Of a stretch of DNA of 64,000 bases, positions 16,756 to 24,434 are shown in pieces; within the stretch, counting starts at the first letter, position 1, and every line of letters starts with the position of its first letter. The notes under the pieces are model-generated. The model was given only the letters and a program-made list of their open reading frames with translations. It was not told the origin of the DNA and made no database searches. Source of the stretch: a virus. The DNA lies in the IMG/VR virus record IMGVR_UViG_3300045988_089199, positions 1-64,000 of that record; one strand, 5' to 3'. The position numbers and the translations under genes are program-made.

Positions 16756-18201
16756 TTAACTACAACGACTATATCCGCATTCAGGACAACTATTACATCC
16801 TCCTGTAAAGTTTAATTTGCCTCCACATTCAGGACAAGTACTAACTTTTGTTTCCGGTTCTTCTAATTTTTCAAGTTTCATTTCAGCATGATCTGTAATA
16901 TATCTTTGGTTTAGTTCTAATAGTGCTTTACCTATAGCACTCGGACAACAATTACCAACACTTGTATCTTTTTTAGCATAAGTTCTAACAGTATAAGATG
17001 GACAAGCAGGTACACTTTTTAGTTGGTCAACTATCTCTTGAACTGTAGCACCTTTTTTCCCTGCTAATGATATTAATCTTGATAATCCTACCATAAAACT
17101 ATTACATCCACCTGTACTACCTTTGTCTAAGAATATATGACATAATTGACCAGTTTGCTTATGGAAATATACTGACATCCATAAACTACCACATCCTGTA
17201 GTTAATTGAGTGCCATATGCCACACAGTTATCAATTGAAGTATCACTTAATGGTATGTGTATAGGGTCTTTCACTGGTTGTTCTTTTGGTTTATCTACCA
17301 CTAATACACCTTCTTTTTTACATCCTGCTCTATAAATTGTTAACCCTTTGCATCCTTCTTCCCATGCGGCTTGATATAAATCTCTTATAGTTTCAACACT
17401 AGTATCATTAGTTACATTGACTGTACTACTTATACTAGCATCAATATATCTTTGCCATCTAGCTTGGATTGTAACTCTATCGAATGGATCTATATTTTGA
17501 GCAGTGGCTATATTATCCACTTTTCCTTCGTCTATTAAGTCCATATCAATCATCTTTTGTATTATTGGAGTATATACCTTGTAATATACATCTTCTCCGT
17601 GAAGTGATTCAGTTTTTCTTGTATAGTGTGTAGCAAATATTGGCTCTACACCTCCACTTACACCGAGCATAGTACTTATACTTCCAGTCGGTGCTATAGT
17701 GAATAATTGGCTATTTCTAAGTCCATATTGTTTTATCAATTCAATAGTATTACCTTCAATAACATTGTGGTTTCTTAATACTGTTATAAAATCACTTGAT
17801 AACAATAATTTTGAATCACATTGTGGAAAACATTCTGTCTCATTAGCTAATATCGCACTCTCTTTAAGTCCTGTATTAACTAATGTACTACCAACTGTAT
17901 GGATTAGATCCAAAGCACGTGCTGAGTCATATTGACAACTCATTTTTAATAACATATCAGCAAATCCCATTATACCAAGTCCTATTTGTCGCCAATCACG
18001 TACACTATTTCTTTGCTCTTCTAACGGGTGTAATTCTAATCCTTCATCTAATACATTGTTTAATGCTCTAATAGCTATTCTTACTGCACTTTTAAACTCT
18101 GGTATATTAAATGCTGCCTGTGGAGTAAATGGATTCTCTACGAATTCAGATAAATTTAATGCTCCTAATAAACAACTACCACCAGCTGGTAAAGGTTCTT
18201 C
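16756..18201 (-). CDS. nrdJ: class II (B12-dependent) ribonucleotide reductase, exon 3 of 3
   Basis: The frame is open from 18201 (EEPLPAGGSCLLGALNLSEF...), upstream of the track's M at 17970. Contains TIAPTGSIS and the C-terminal CPECG..CNSCPECG zinc ribbon. Confidence 0.8.
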   Translation of the reverse strand, partial: EEPLPAGGSCLLGALNLSEFVENPFTPQAAFNIPEFKSAVRIAIRALNNVLDEGLELHPLEEQRNSVRDWRQIGLGIMGFADMLLKMSCQYDSARALDLIHTVGSTLVNTGLKESAILANETECFPQCDSKLLLSSDFITVLRNHNVIEGNTIELIKQYGLRNSQLFTIAPTGSISTMLGVSGGVEPIFATHYTRKTESLHGEDVYYKVYTPIIQKMIDMDLIDEGKVDNIATAQNIDPFDRVTIQARWQRYIDASISSTVNVTNDTSVETIRDLYQAAWEEGCKGLTIYRAGCKKEGVLVVDKPKEQPVKDPIHIPLSDTSIDNCVAYGTQLTTGCGSLWMSVYFHKQTGQLCHIFLDKGSTGGCNSFMVGLSRLISLAGKKGATVQEIVDQLKSVPACPSYTVRTYAKKDTSVGNCCPSAIGKALLELNQRYITDHAEMKLEKLEEPETKVSTCPECGGKLNFTGGCNSCPECGYSRCS

Positions 18202-18474
18202 CAGTTTGTTATCGTAGAGGCTTTTTATCCTCTACCTCTTACAGTTTCCTGTAAGCTCGGCATATATTTTCACTCTTGCGAGTGTTGGGGGCTCGTGGAG
18301 GGATTATTGCTTTCATCTTAACGCTCACCCTCTATGCTCTACGGATAGTATTAGATATTACTACCCTCGGTATTACCATATCCTATTACAAGGACTTAGG
18401 CTCTCTTACCACCTTAGCCTTTCAGCTTGGTTGACCGATACACCCCAATTTTTTACTTGAGCCAACTAACCTCT
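18202..18474 (-). mobile_element. group I intron 2 (ORF-less, 273 nt)
   Basis: Interrupts NPCA|EEPLP. The 5' exon ends in T (GCT) and the insert ends in G (CTG). The segment is visibly GC-richer and more stem-rich than its flanks, and has stops in all frames. Confidence 0.7.
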
Positions 18475-18879
18475 AGCACAAGGGTTTACTCCTGCATATT
18501 CAAAGTTGTCAAAGTTATTTAATAAGTTATAACTTTTTATTGTATCCCAGTATAACATCCCCGGTTCAGCCCAGTCATAATTATTTTTAGCAATGTGGTC
18601 TAGTATATCGCCTCTATTTGCCATGTCCTCATCACTCATTTGTACTGAGATATTACATTTTTCTAGTTTGTTATCTAGTTTAGCATCGATAAAATCATGT
18701 ACATCAGGGTGACTACTATCTATACTAATCATTAATGCTCCACGACGTCCATTCTGACCAATAACTCTTGCAGTTTGTTCTAAAACATCCATAAATGATA
18801 CTGCGCCACTAGTTGTAAGGGCTGCATTGTGTACCGCTGCTCCTTTTGGTCTTAATGTACTAATATCAACACCACATCC
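18475..18879 (-). CDS. nrdJ: class II ribonucleotide reductase, exon 2 of 3
   Basis: The frame is open from 18879: GCGVDISTLRPKGAAV..SGAVSFMDV..GRRGALM..YAGVNPCA. It is in frame with track ORF 18466..18792. Confidence 0.8.
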
Positions 18880-19681
18880 CGTTTACACCCCTACTTTCGT
18901 AGTACTTTAACACATTTTATTTCAAATGTGGGACTAGACTATCTCTTCACCTTCAACTTCACTTGTTAAGGTGTCCTGCACTTCGAGTGGCAGCCTATCT
19001 TCCACCCTACTATTAGTCGTTACACTTTTCAATACTAACATTCCCGGTTTTATAAAAATGTCTTAAGCTCGATATACTAGAGCTATAATGTTTATTTGCA
19101 TATTCAGCAGCTTCTTTTATACTGTTAAACTCACCTACAATTTTATCATCAACTTTTAGTTTGCACTTAATATCTGTAGTATGGTTCCCTTTTCTCCCTA
19201 AGTGTGTATATGAATATCTAGTATTGTAAGCGGCTGTGCACCATTCTAAATTAGTAAAATGATTATTTTTAATGTTCCCATCCATATGATTTACTACCTC
19301 ATAATTATTAGGATTATTTAGAAATGCTTTAGCCACCAATTGATGGATTCTTCTAAAGTATCTACCTTATCATTTCTTAATCCTATGTATAAATAACCAT
19401 CCTTATCCAATTTAGGTTTCATGATTCTTAAATTCTTTTTACCATATACTTTATATATAGTTCCATATTCATTTATTATGTAATTTGGGAATTCTTCAAT
19501 TATTCTCCACATAATATCACCCCTATGTGGAAATGTTAGTATTAACTTAGCACGGTATTGTCCTCGACTTCACGTTAGGAGTTCCACCGTTAGCACGATT
19601 TCTCGTACACCCCTAGGCAATAGGGTTCACAGGATTATTTTCTATCTTATTTCTAAGATAGGGTGGCTAAACTTATTGTCT
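18880..19681 (-). mobile_element. group I intron 1 (802 nt) carrying an HNH endonuclease ORF
   Basis: Interrupts SYGG|GCGVDIS. The 5' exon ends in T (GGT) and the insert ends in G (AAACG). GC-rich structured flanks (19513..19681 and 18880..19012) surround the HNH ORF. Confidence 0.7.
19013..19512 (-). pseudogene. intron-encoded HNH homing endonuclease, disrupted by a 1-nt frameshift
   Basis: Two overlapping ORFs (19318..19512 and 19013..19339). Read together they give ..DKDGYLYIGLRNDK/GRYFRRIHQLVAKAFLNNP..VNHMDGNIKNN..NLEWCT, colinear with the intact HNH genes at 10494 and 16272. The frame changes near 19370. Confidence 0.6.
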
Positions 19682-19981
19682 ACCACCATAACTAAATGTA
19701 CGAGCTAACTTCATAGCAGCAGTATATATACCTTCAATACTATCTTCTGGGGGTGCTACTACATAACAGTTACTATAAGTTACTCCTCTATCTGTAATAC
19801 CTCTATTACTAAGTATTCTGCCACCAAATAAGAACTTCTTATCTACTATTAGTTGTGCCACTTGTTTATCTCCACCTGATACTCTATCTAGCCATTGGTC
19901 AAAACTTTCATCATTACGTTGATATTTTTTCTTCCAAATATCTTCTCCTAATTCACTTAATTTCCAATCTTTTAATTTCAT
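19682..19981 (-). CDS. nrdJ: class II ribonucleotide reductase, exon 1 of 3
   Basis: MKLKDWKLSELGEDIWKKKY...ARTFSYGG. The track ORF runs 4 codons (including the stop) into the intron. Confidence 0.75.
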
Positions 19982-20016
19982 ACAACTACCTCCTTTATTC
20001 TATTAAAAAGTCTTAC

Positions 20017-20052
20017 TATATATAGTATAGTAAGACCTCCCTATTTACTAAC
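20017..20052 (-). promoter_or_regulatory. class B promoter motif, copy 6, with the -10 box in a hairpin
   Basis: Minus strand reads GTTAGTAAATAGGGAGGTCTTACTATACTATATATAGTAAGAC. GTCTTACTATA/TATAGTAAGAC forms an 11-bp stem (20009..20035) followed by TTTTT. The sigma-gene stop TAG lies in the GTTAG box. Confidence 0.55.
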
Positions 20053-20650
20053 CTAATAAATAATTTAATTTCTTTTGTAATGCTCTTCTAATACCGACAA
20101 CACCTGCAGTGCTAACTCCAATTTCTCTCGCCATATGAGATTGTTGTAAGTCACACATATGGTCTAGTGCTACCATGCAATATTGAAGTTGTTTTGGTGA
20201 TAGATCTTCTTTATTAACTAAATCGGATAATTCAACTTTATCGTATTCATCTTCAATGCTTGTTTCTTCCCATCTATCCTCAGTTGTTTCAAAGCAACTC
20301 ATTGGAGTACATTGATCACCATTGTTGGCTTTTCTCTTATTGCTTGAGTTACTTTGTGTTAGAGTTCTAAGAGCATTCTTAATATAAACACATATCATAC
20401 TAGTTAATTTACCACTACTATTCTTTTCAGGATTATAATTTTCAAAACATTTCCAAATTTGTTCTAATATAATACTTGTAACTTCGTCAGTACTTACACC
20501 AACATATTTTTTACTTACTTGGTAAAATAAATTTTTATTCATTTCAAATACATATGCAATAACTTCATTATGTAATCCTGCTTGGTAATCTTTTAATAAT
20601 TCCTCATCAGTGTGTTCCATTCCATATACTTTTACTACATCATTAAACAT
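20048..20650 (-). CDS. phage sigma-70-family factor (small, about 200 aa)
   Basis: Region 2-like segment IILEQIWKCFENYNP..MICVYIKNALRTL and region 4-like HTH LSPKQLQYCMVAL..MAREIGVSTAGVVGIRRALQKKL. Preceded by sigma-A-type promoter A2. Confidence 0.6.
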   Translation of the reverse strand: MFNDVVKVYGMEHTDEELLKDYQAGLHNEVIAYVFEMNKNLFYQVSKKYVGVSTDEVTSIILEQIWKCFENYNPEKNSSGKLTSMICVYIKNALRTLTQSNSSNKRKANNGDQCTPMSCFETTEDRWEETSIEDEYDKVELSDLVNKEDLSPKQLQYCMVALDHMCDLQQSHMAREIGVSTAGVVGIRRALQKKLNYLLG

Positions 20651-20701
20651 ACATCATTCCCCCTGGTAACTTATATTTTTTTATCTTTTATTTATACTTA
20701 T

Positions 20702-20730
20702 ATTATATTGTTACTTATATAATTATGCAA
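20702..20730 (-). promoter_or_regulatory. sigma-A-type promoter, copy A2
   Basis: TTGCAT (20730..20725), 17-nt spacer, TATAAT (20707..20702). About 50 nt upstream of the sigma-like gene start. Confidence 0.6.
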
Positions 20731-20737
20731 CTATTTT

Positions 20738-21730
20738 TTATAAGTTTATTGGTGAAATTTTTAATTTGCTAAATTCCGTGTCTAAATCGTTGATGTCTCT
20801 ACTATCTAAGTAGTTTACTTTGCTCAATAACTTTGTCTTACCTAAATGATGTAATAATTTTCTACTTCCTTTTTTACCCGCCTCATCGGGGTCCAATGCT
20901 ATTATATAATGTCTAATAGGTAACTTATTCAACATAGCATACTGATTCCCTCCTCCAGTACCAAATAAACATATTGCTGGGTGTCCTAACTTCCACAGTG
21001 TTAGCATATTAAAAGGTGATTCCACTATATATACTGGTTGTTTATATAGTTTTAATTTCATAACTTCACTTGCCCCTAATAGATAATCAGTTTTACTAAC
21101 CCCACTTGGTATATAGTAGGTTTTCCCTATAATACTTCTACGTTGTATCCATTTTACCTCACCTTTTAAATTGGGAACTGGTATAGTTATGCAGTCATCT
21201 CTACGGTCATATCCAATATCAAACTGTTCAATAATGTCATCCGTTAAACCACGCGAATACATATAACCAACAGTGTATCTGTAACCTTGTAGCACCTCCT
21301 GTGGCACGTTTGGTAGGTCTTCTTGAGTAATTCTTCGTCTACTTAAATTTAGCTCCACCTTACGGGTTTTAACAGTTAGTCCTGTATTATACTGAGCTTT
21401 AATCCATTTATTCCCAAATATTCCACCATCGTTATATCCAAAACAAGAACTGATAAAACTGGTTAGTGAAGCAGTATATCCACAAGTAAAACAATGCACT
21501 GTCCCAGGTTCTATTAGTTTAGATCCCTGATACTTCGGTACAATAGAAACCCCACAAGAGGGCTTATGCTCATGTCCGTCTTTATGTACTGGACAAGTTA
21601 TCATAATATTATCTCCTGTGGGTTTTATATCATTTAATAAAAATATGCCATTACTCATCAAACTACCTTTTAAATCAATTAATAATTGATGATACGTTGT
21701 ATCAATTTCCATGCCATTTACATTAATCAT
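20738..21730 (-). CDS. dnaG: DnaG-type DNA primase (zinc finger plus Toprim)
   Basis: CPVHKDGHEHKPSC...CFTCG zinc-binding motif. Toprim E (VESPFN) and DPDEAG. Confidence 0.75.
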   Translation of the reverse strand: MINVNGMEIDTTYHQLLIDLKGSLMSNGIFLLNDIKPTGDNIMITCPVHKDGHEHKPSCGVSIVPKYQGSKLIEPGTVHCFTCGYTASLTSFISSCFGYNDGGIFGNKWIKAQYNTGLTVKTRKVELNLSRRRITQEDLPNVPQEVLQGYRYTVGYMYSRGLTDDIIEQFDIGYDRRDDCITIPVPNLKGEVKWIQRRSIIGKTYYIPSGVSKTDYLLGASEVMKLKLYKQPVYIVESPFNMLTLWKLGHPAICLFGTGGGNQYAMLNKLPIRHYIIALDPDEAGKKGSRKLLHHLGKTKLLSKVNYLDSRDINDLDTEFSKLKISPINL

Positions 21731-21881
21731 TATCACACAACTCCCATCTACTATGGTTTTCTATCCACTCGTCTAAACATTCAGTACTACAAAAGTTTAA
21801 TTCTTTGTAACTGCAATAATCTGGAAGTTCTAACACAATGTAATCATAGTCTAATCTTTCCTCACATTGTTCACACTTCAT
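21723..21881 (-). CDS. small Cys-rich protein (52 aa)
   Basis: Found by reading: AGGAGGG RBS, then MKCEQCEERL...CSTECLDEW. Stop overlaps the primase start. Confidence 0.5.
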   Translation of the reverse strand: MKCEQCEERLDYDYIVLELPDYCSYKELNFCSTECLDEWIENHSRWELCDND

Positions 21882-21883
21882 AA

Positions 21884-22039
21884 TTATCCCTCCTGTACTT
21901 TATAAAGTAAATCAAACAATGGATCTAAATGTTCAAATAATAAATCCCCATTATCCACCGCTTTGTTTATAAGCCATTTTAATTCTTTTACTAAATCCTT
22001 TTCAATTTCCATTTCTCTTATTTTTTTACCTGTTAACAT
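21884..22039 (-). CDS. small hypothetical protein (51 aa)
   Basis: Found by reading: AAGGAG RBS, then MLTGKKIREMEIEKD... Its stop lies inside the RBS of the next ORF. Confidence 0.45.
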   Translation of the reverse strand: MLTGKKIREMEIEKDLVKELKWLINKAVDNGDLLFEHLDPLFDLLYKVQEG

Positions 22040-22055
22040 ATAATCAACTCCTTTA

Positions 22056-22089
22056 AATATATTATATTTTATTATTTAAATTTACTAAC
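22056..22089 (-). promoter_or_regulatory. class B-like promoter, divergent copy 7b (-10 reads TATAAT)
   Basis: GTTAGTAAATTTAAATAATAAAATATAATATAT, with the same 22-nt offset and CTATAC replaced by ATATAA. Confidence 0.45.
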
Positions 22090-22099
22090 TAACAAATTA

Positions 22100-22197
22100 A
22101 AAAAGAAAAACCCCTGACACTGTCCGCTCCAATGTCAGGGTAAAAAAAAGGGGAGTTATATTATGAGTAGAAGAATGTGCCTCCACATTTCCTCTAC
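22100..22197 (-). ncRNA. candidate small RNA 1 (promoter-to-terminator unit without an ORF)
   Basis: Bounded by class B copy 7a and the terminator at 22104..22140. Predicted RNA is about 95 nt with a 5' imperfect hairpin, an unpaired ACUCCCCUUUU tract and a terminator hairpin. No RBS plus start codon. Confidence 0.35.
22104..22140 (-). terminator. rho-independent terminator
   Basis: Stem CCCTGACA/TGTCAGGG (22112..22119 and 22133..22140), followed by GTTTTTCTTTT on the minus strand only. Confidence 0.7.
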
Positions 22198-22232
22198 ATA
22201 TATAGTATAGAAAAAAATGCCAATTTACTAAC
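22197..22232 (-). promoter_or_regulatory. class B promoter motif, copy 7a
   Basis: GTTAGTAAATTGGCATTTTTTTCTATACTATATATGTA. The dnaB stop TAG lies inside the GTTAG box. Confidence 0.6.
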
Positions 22233-23527
22233 TAAAAAACGTCAGTAACATCATTTATTTTATTTTTATTTTTCAAAGGTAGTTGTGGCTCAATGTCAGC
22301 TCCATCTTCCAGTTGTTCAGTCACAAATGAAAATATACCGTTATCTATATCCCACACATATAGTAGCTGCTTATTATTTTCGCCATATCTATTTTTAGTT
22401 ATTTTAAGGCTCAACCCCGCTTTAGTTTGTACTAAAGAAATTACTCTACTACTATTTTGTGCAATGCCATCACTCTCTCCTATATCAGCAAGTTCGGGGT
22501 TTTCCGGCTTATCCATATCCGCCTTATTACGGTTGGCTTGGGCATCCACTATAATTGGAATGCTAAATTCTATACTAATATTAAATAAATCTTGAGCTAT
22601 ATGTGTGTACTGTGTTCTTGTTTGATCTCCCTTTCCACGTCGTTCATCTTCCATTAATGATATCTGGTCTATACCAACTATATCCGGTTTATACTCTTTT
22701 ATAAGTGCTCTCAATTTAGATACAGTTAACATTTTACCTCCAAAGTCTACCGGAGTTACCACTATATATGGTGGTAATTCTTTATTAGTTTCTAGGTCGT
22801 TAATATATTGTTTATAGTCACCATCACCTATTGTACCTCTCATTAATTGAGAGTTAGTGTAGTTCATACCTAATGTATCATTTCTATATGCCACTTGTAA
22901 TACCCCCATCTCACCACTATAATGGAGTACTTTTTTATATTGTTTGTTGGCTTCGGTTAAAAACTTTTGTAGCAACCAAGATTTACCTTGATTAACTCTA
23001 CCAACTATAGTAACTAATTCTTCGCCAGGCAGCCATCCATTAAGTATCTTATCTAATTCAGGTAAGCCACTTCCAATTCCAAGCATACCACCTTTAGCAC
23101 GTTTATTCTCTAGGTCCTTTATTTTCTCATCTACCATGTTGTTAATATTTACACCACCACTTTGTACCGTTTGATCTAGTAGACGTTGTGCTCTTGTTAC
23201 TATGTGTTGTAAGCCATCAAAGGCGTTCTGTTCTAATATATCACCGCTAGATTGAAATAATGAAACCCCCTGATCAAATAAATAATTTTCCTTAAGGTTA
23301 TATATAATATATTTTAATGGCTCTAATACTTCCACGACATCAAAGTCCGGAAATTTTCCCATGAATGTTTCCCAGTCAGGTACTTTTCCATAAGTTCTAA
23401 AATGGGTACTTATAAACTCAAATTCTTCTTGATAGTCCTTGAAGTACTCTTTTGTTATTCCTTGGCCTGTGTATTGATCCAAGTTATTATTATTTAATAT
23501 ATCATTTATGGCTTGCAATTGTACCAT
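22232..23527 (-). CDS. dnaB: DnaB-type replicative helicase
   Basis: GIGSGLPELD...GEELVTIVGRVNQGKSWLL Walker A, IVGIDQISLM Walker B, and RecA-fold C-terminal half. Confidence 0.85.
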   Translation of the reverse strand: MVQLQAINDILNNNNLDQYTGQGITKEYFKDYQEEFEFISTHFRTYGKVPDWETFMGKFPDFDVVEVLEPLKYIIYNLKENYLFDQGVSLFQSSGDILEQNAFDGLQHIVTRAQRLLDQTVQSGGVNINNMVDEKIKDLENKRAKGGMLGIGSGLPELDKILNGWLPGEELVTIVGRVNQGKSWLLQKFLTEANKQYKKVLHYSGEMGVLQVAYRNDTLGMNYTNSQLMRGTIGDGDYKQYINDLETNKELPPYIVVTPVDFGGKMLTVSKLRALIKEYKPDIVGIDQISLMEDERRGKGDQTRTQYTHIAQDLFNISIEFSIPIIVDAQANRNKADMDKPENPELADIGESDGIAQNSSRVISLVQTKAGLSLKITKNRYGENNKQLLYVWDIDNGIFSFVTEQLEDGADIEPQLPLKNKNKINDVTDVF

Positions 23528-24246
23528 TATATTCTCACCCCTTTTGGTTTCCTTTGTGGCTTGTTAGTAAATTCAACTATTGTACTTGTATCTAATATTC
23601 TGCTTGCCAATCTACCCCCAATATTATCATCCAATTGTTCATCAATAACATTACTAGTAAATATATTAGCTTTGTTATTTACTATACGAGGATTGATTAA
23701 ACTGAATAATATTTGATGGTCATATTCTTTTAATTTTGTAACTCCTATGTCATCCCATACTATAAGGTCTACGCTTGGGATTAATTTTTCCATTTCTTCT
23801 AGTCTTAAGTCAGGTCGTTTTATGGCATTTCTTTTAGCCATTAGAAATTCATCTACATTGATGAATAGACCTCTACAACGAGTGCCATTGCCATTCCAAA
23901 TATTACTAAAATATTTACTCATTAACTTTATGGACCAAGTAGTTTTACCATTACCAAAGTAAGGACTGTATAAATATAGATTACATCCATCATGTACAAA
24001 TTCATTAATATTATTCTTCACACCATTAAGATATTCATACTTTTTAAGGTCATCTCCAGCGCTCAACTTCAAGTCCTCCGGTTGCTGCTTATTTGGTGGT
24101 ATATTTGCTAGATTAACTAAATAGTAATACTGAAAATATACACTACAACTACAATTGCAGTCCTTTGTATTATACATAGGACAGTTAGTCCTAAACCAAC
24201 ATCTATTTTTAATAAATTTAAAATCTTTTACATCATACATATGCAA
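23527..24246 (-). CDS. DnaC/IstB-like AAA+ helicase loader with N-terminal Cys cluster
   Basis: Walker A SPYFGNGKTT, Walker B LIVWDDIG, and N-terminal CPMYNTKDCNCSC. Confidence 0.65.
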   Translation of the reverse strand: MHMYDVKDFKFIKNRCWFRTNCPMYNTKDCNCSCSVYFQYYYLVNLANIPPNKQQPEDLKLSAGDDLKKYEYLNGVKNNINEFVHDGCNLYLYSPYFGNGKTTWSIKLMSKYFSNIWNGNGTRCRGLFINVDEFLMAKRNAIKRPDLRLEEMEKLIPSVDLIVWDDIGVTKLKEYDHQILFSLINPRIVNNKANIFTSNVIDEQLDDNIGGRLASRILDTSTIVEFTNKPQRKPKGVRI

Positions 24247-24257
24247 AACCTCCCTTT

Positions 24258-24292
24258 ACTTATAGTATAGTAAAAATTCTAATTTTACTAAC
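24258..24292 (-). promoter_or_regulatory. class B promoter motif, copy 8b
   Basis: GTTAGTAAAATTAGAATTTTTACTATACTATAAG, starting right after the terminator T-tract. Confidence 0.55.
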
Positions 24293-24295
24293 AAA

Positions 24296-24389
24296 GAAAA
24301 AACCCCCGATACCAAAGGGGGGAGGTACCGGGGTAAAAAAATAAAATATTAAGGGGTTGTGTATGTAAGGGAGGGGTTATTTCCCTTAC
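24296..24389 (-). ncRNA. candidate small RNA 2
   Basis: Bounded by class B copy 8a and the terminator at 24297..24333. Has a 5' hairpin AUGUAAGGGA/UCCCUUACAU with a C-rich loop, an unpaired AACCCCUUAA tract and a terminator. No ORF. Confidence 0.35.
24297..24333 (-). terminator. rho-independent terminator
   Basis: CCCCGGUACC/GGUAUCGGGG stem with a G-U wobble that pairs only in the minus-strand RNA, followed by UUUUUU. Confidence 0.7.
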
Positions 24390-24424
24390 ATATATAGTAT
24401 AGAAAAAATCATTGTTTTACTAAC
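24388..24424 (-). promoter_or_regulatory. class B promoter motif, copy 8a
   Basis: GTTAGTAAAACAATGATTTTTTCTATACTATATATGTA. Confidence 0.6.
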
Positions 24425-24434
24425 TAATATTTAA

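Noticed and set aside
18202-18474. The GC-rich patch as a fragment of rRNA or another structural RNA gene, or as foreign DNA.
   Set aside because: The flanking coding segments join in frame exactly at a conserved RNR motif, and the boundaries obey the U / terminal-G rule. An intron is the simpler explanation.
22040-22231. tRNA or tmRNA genes in the structured intergenic regions (also 24247..24434 and 26138..26398).
   Set aside because: No cloverleaf could be drawn, there is no GTTCGAATC-like T-loop, and there is no acceptor-stem complementarity. The hairpins are better explained as terminators or sRNA stems.
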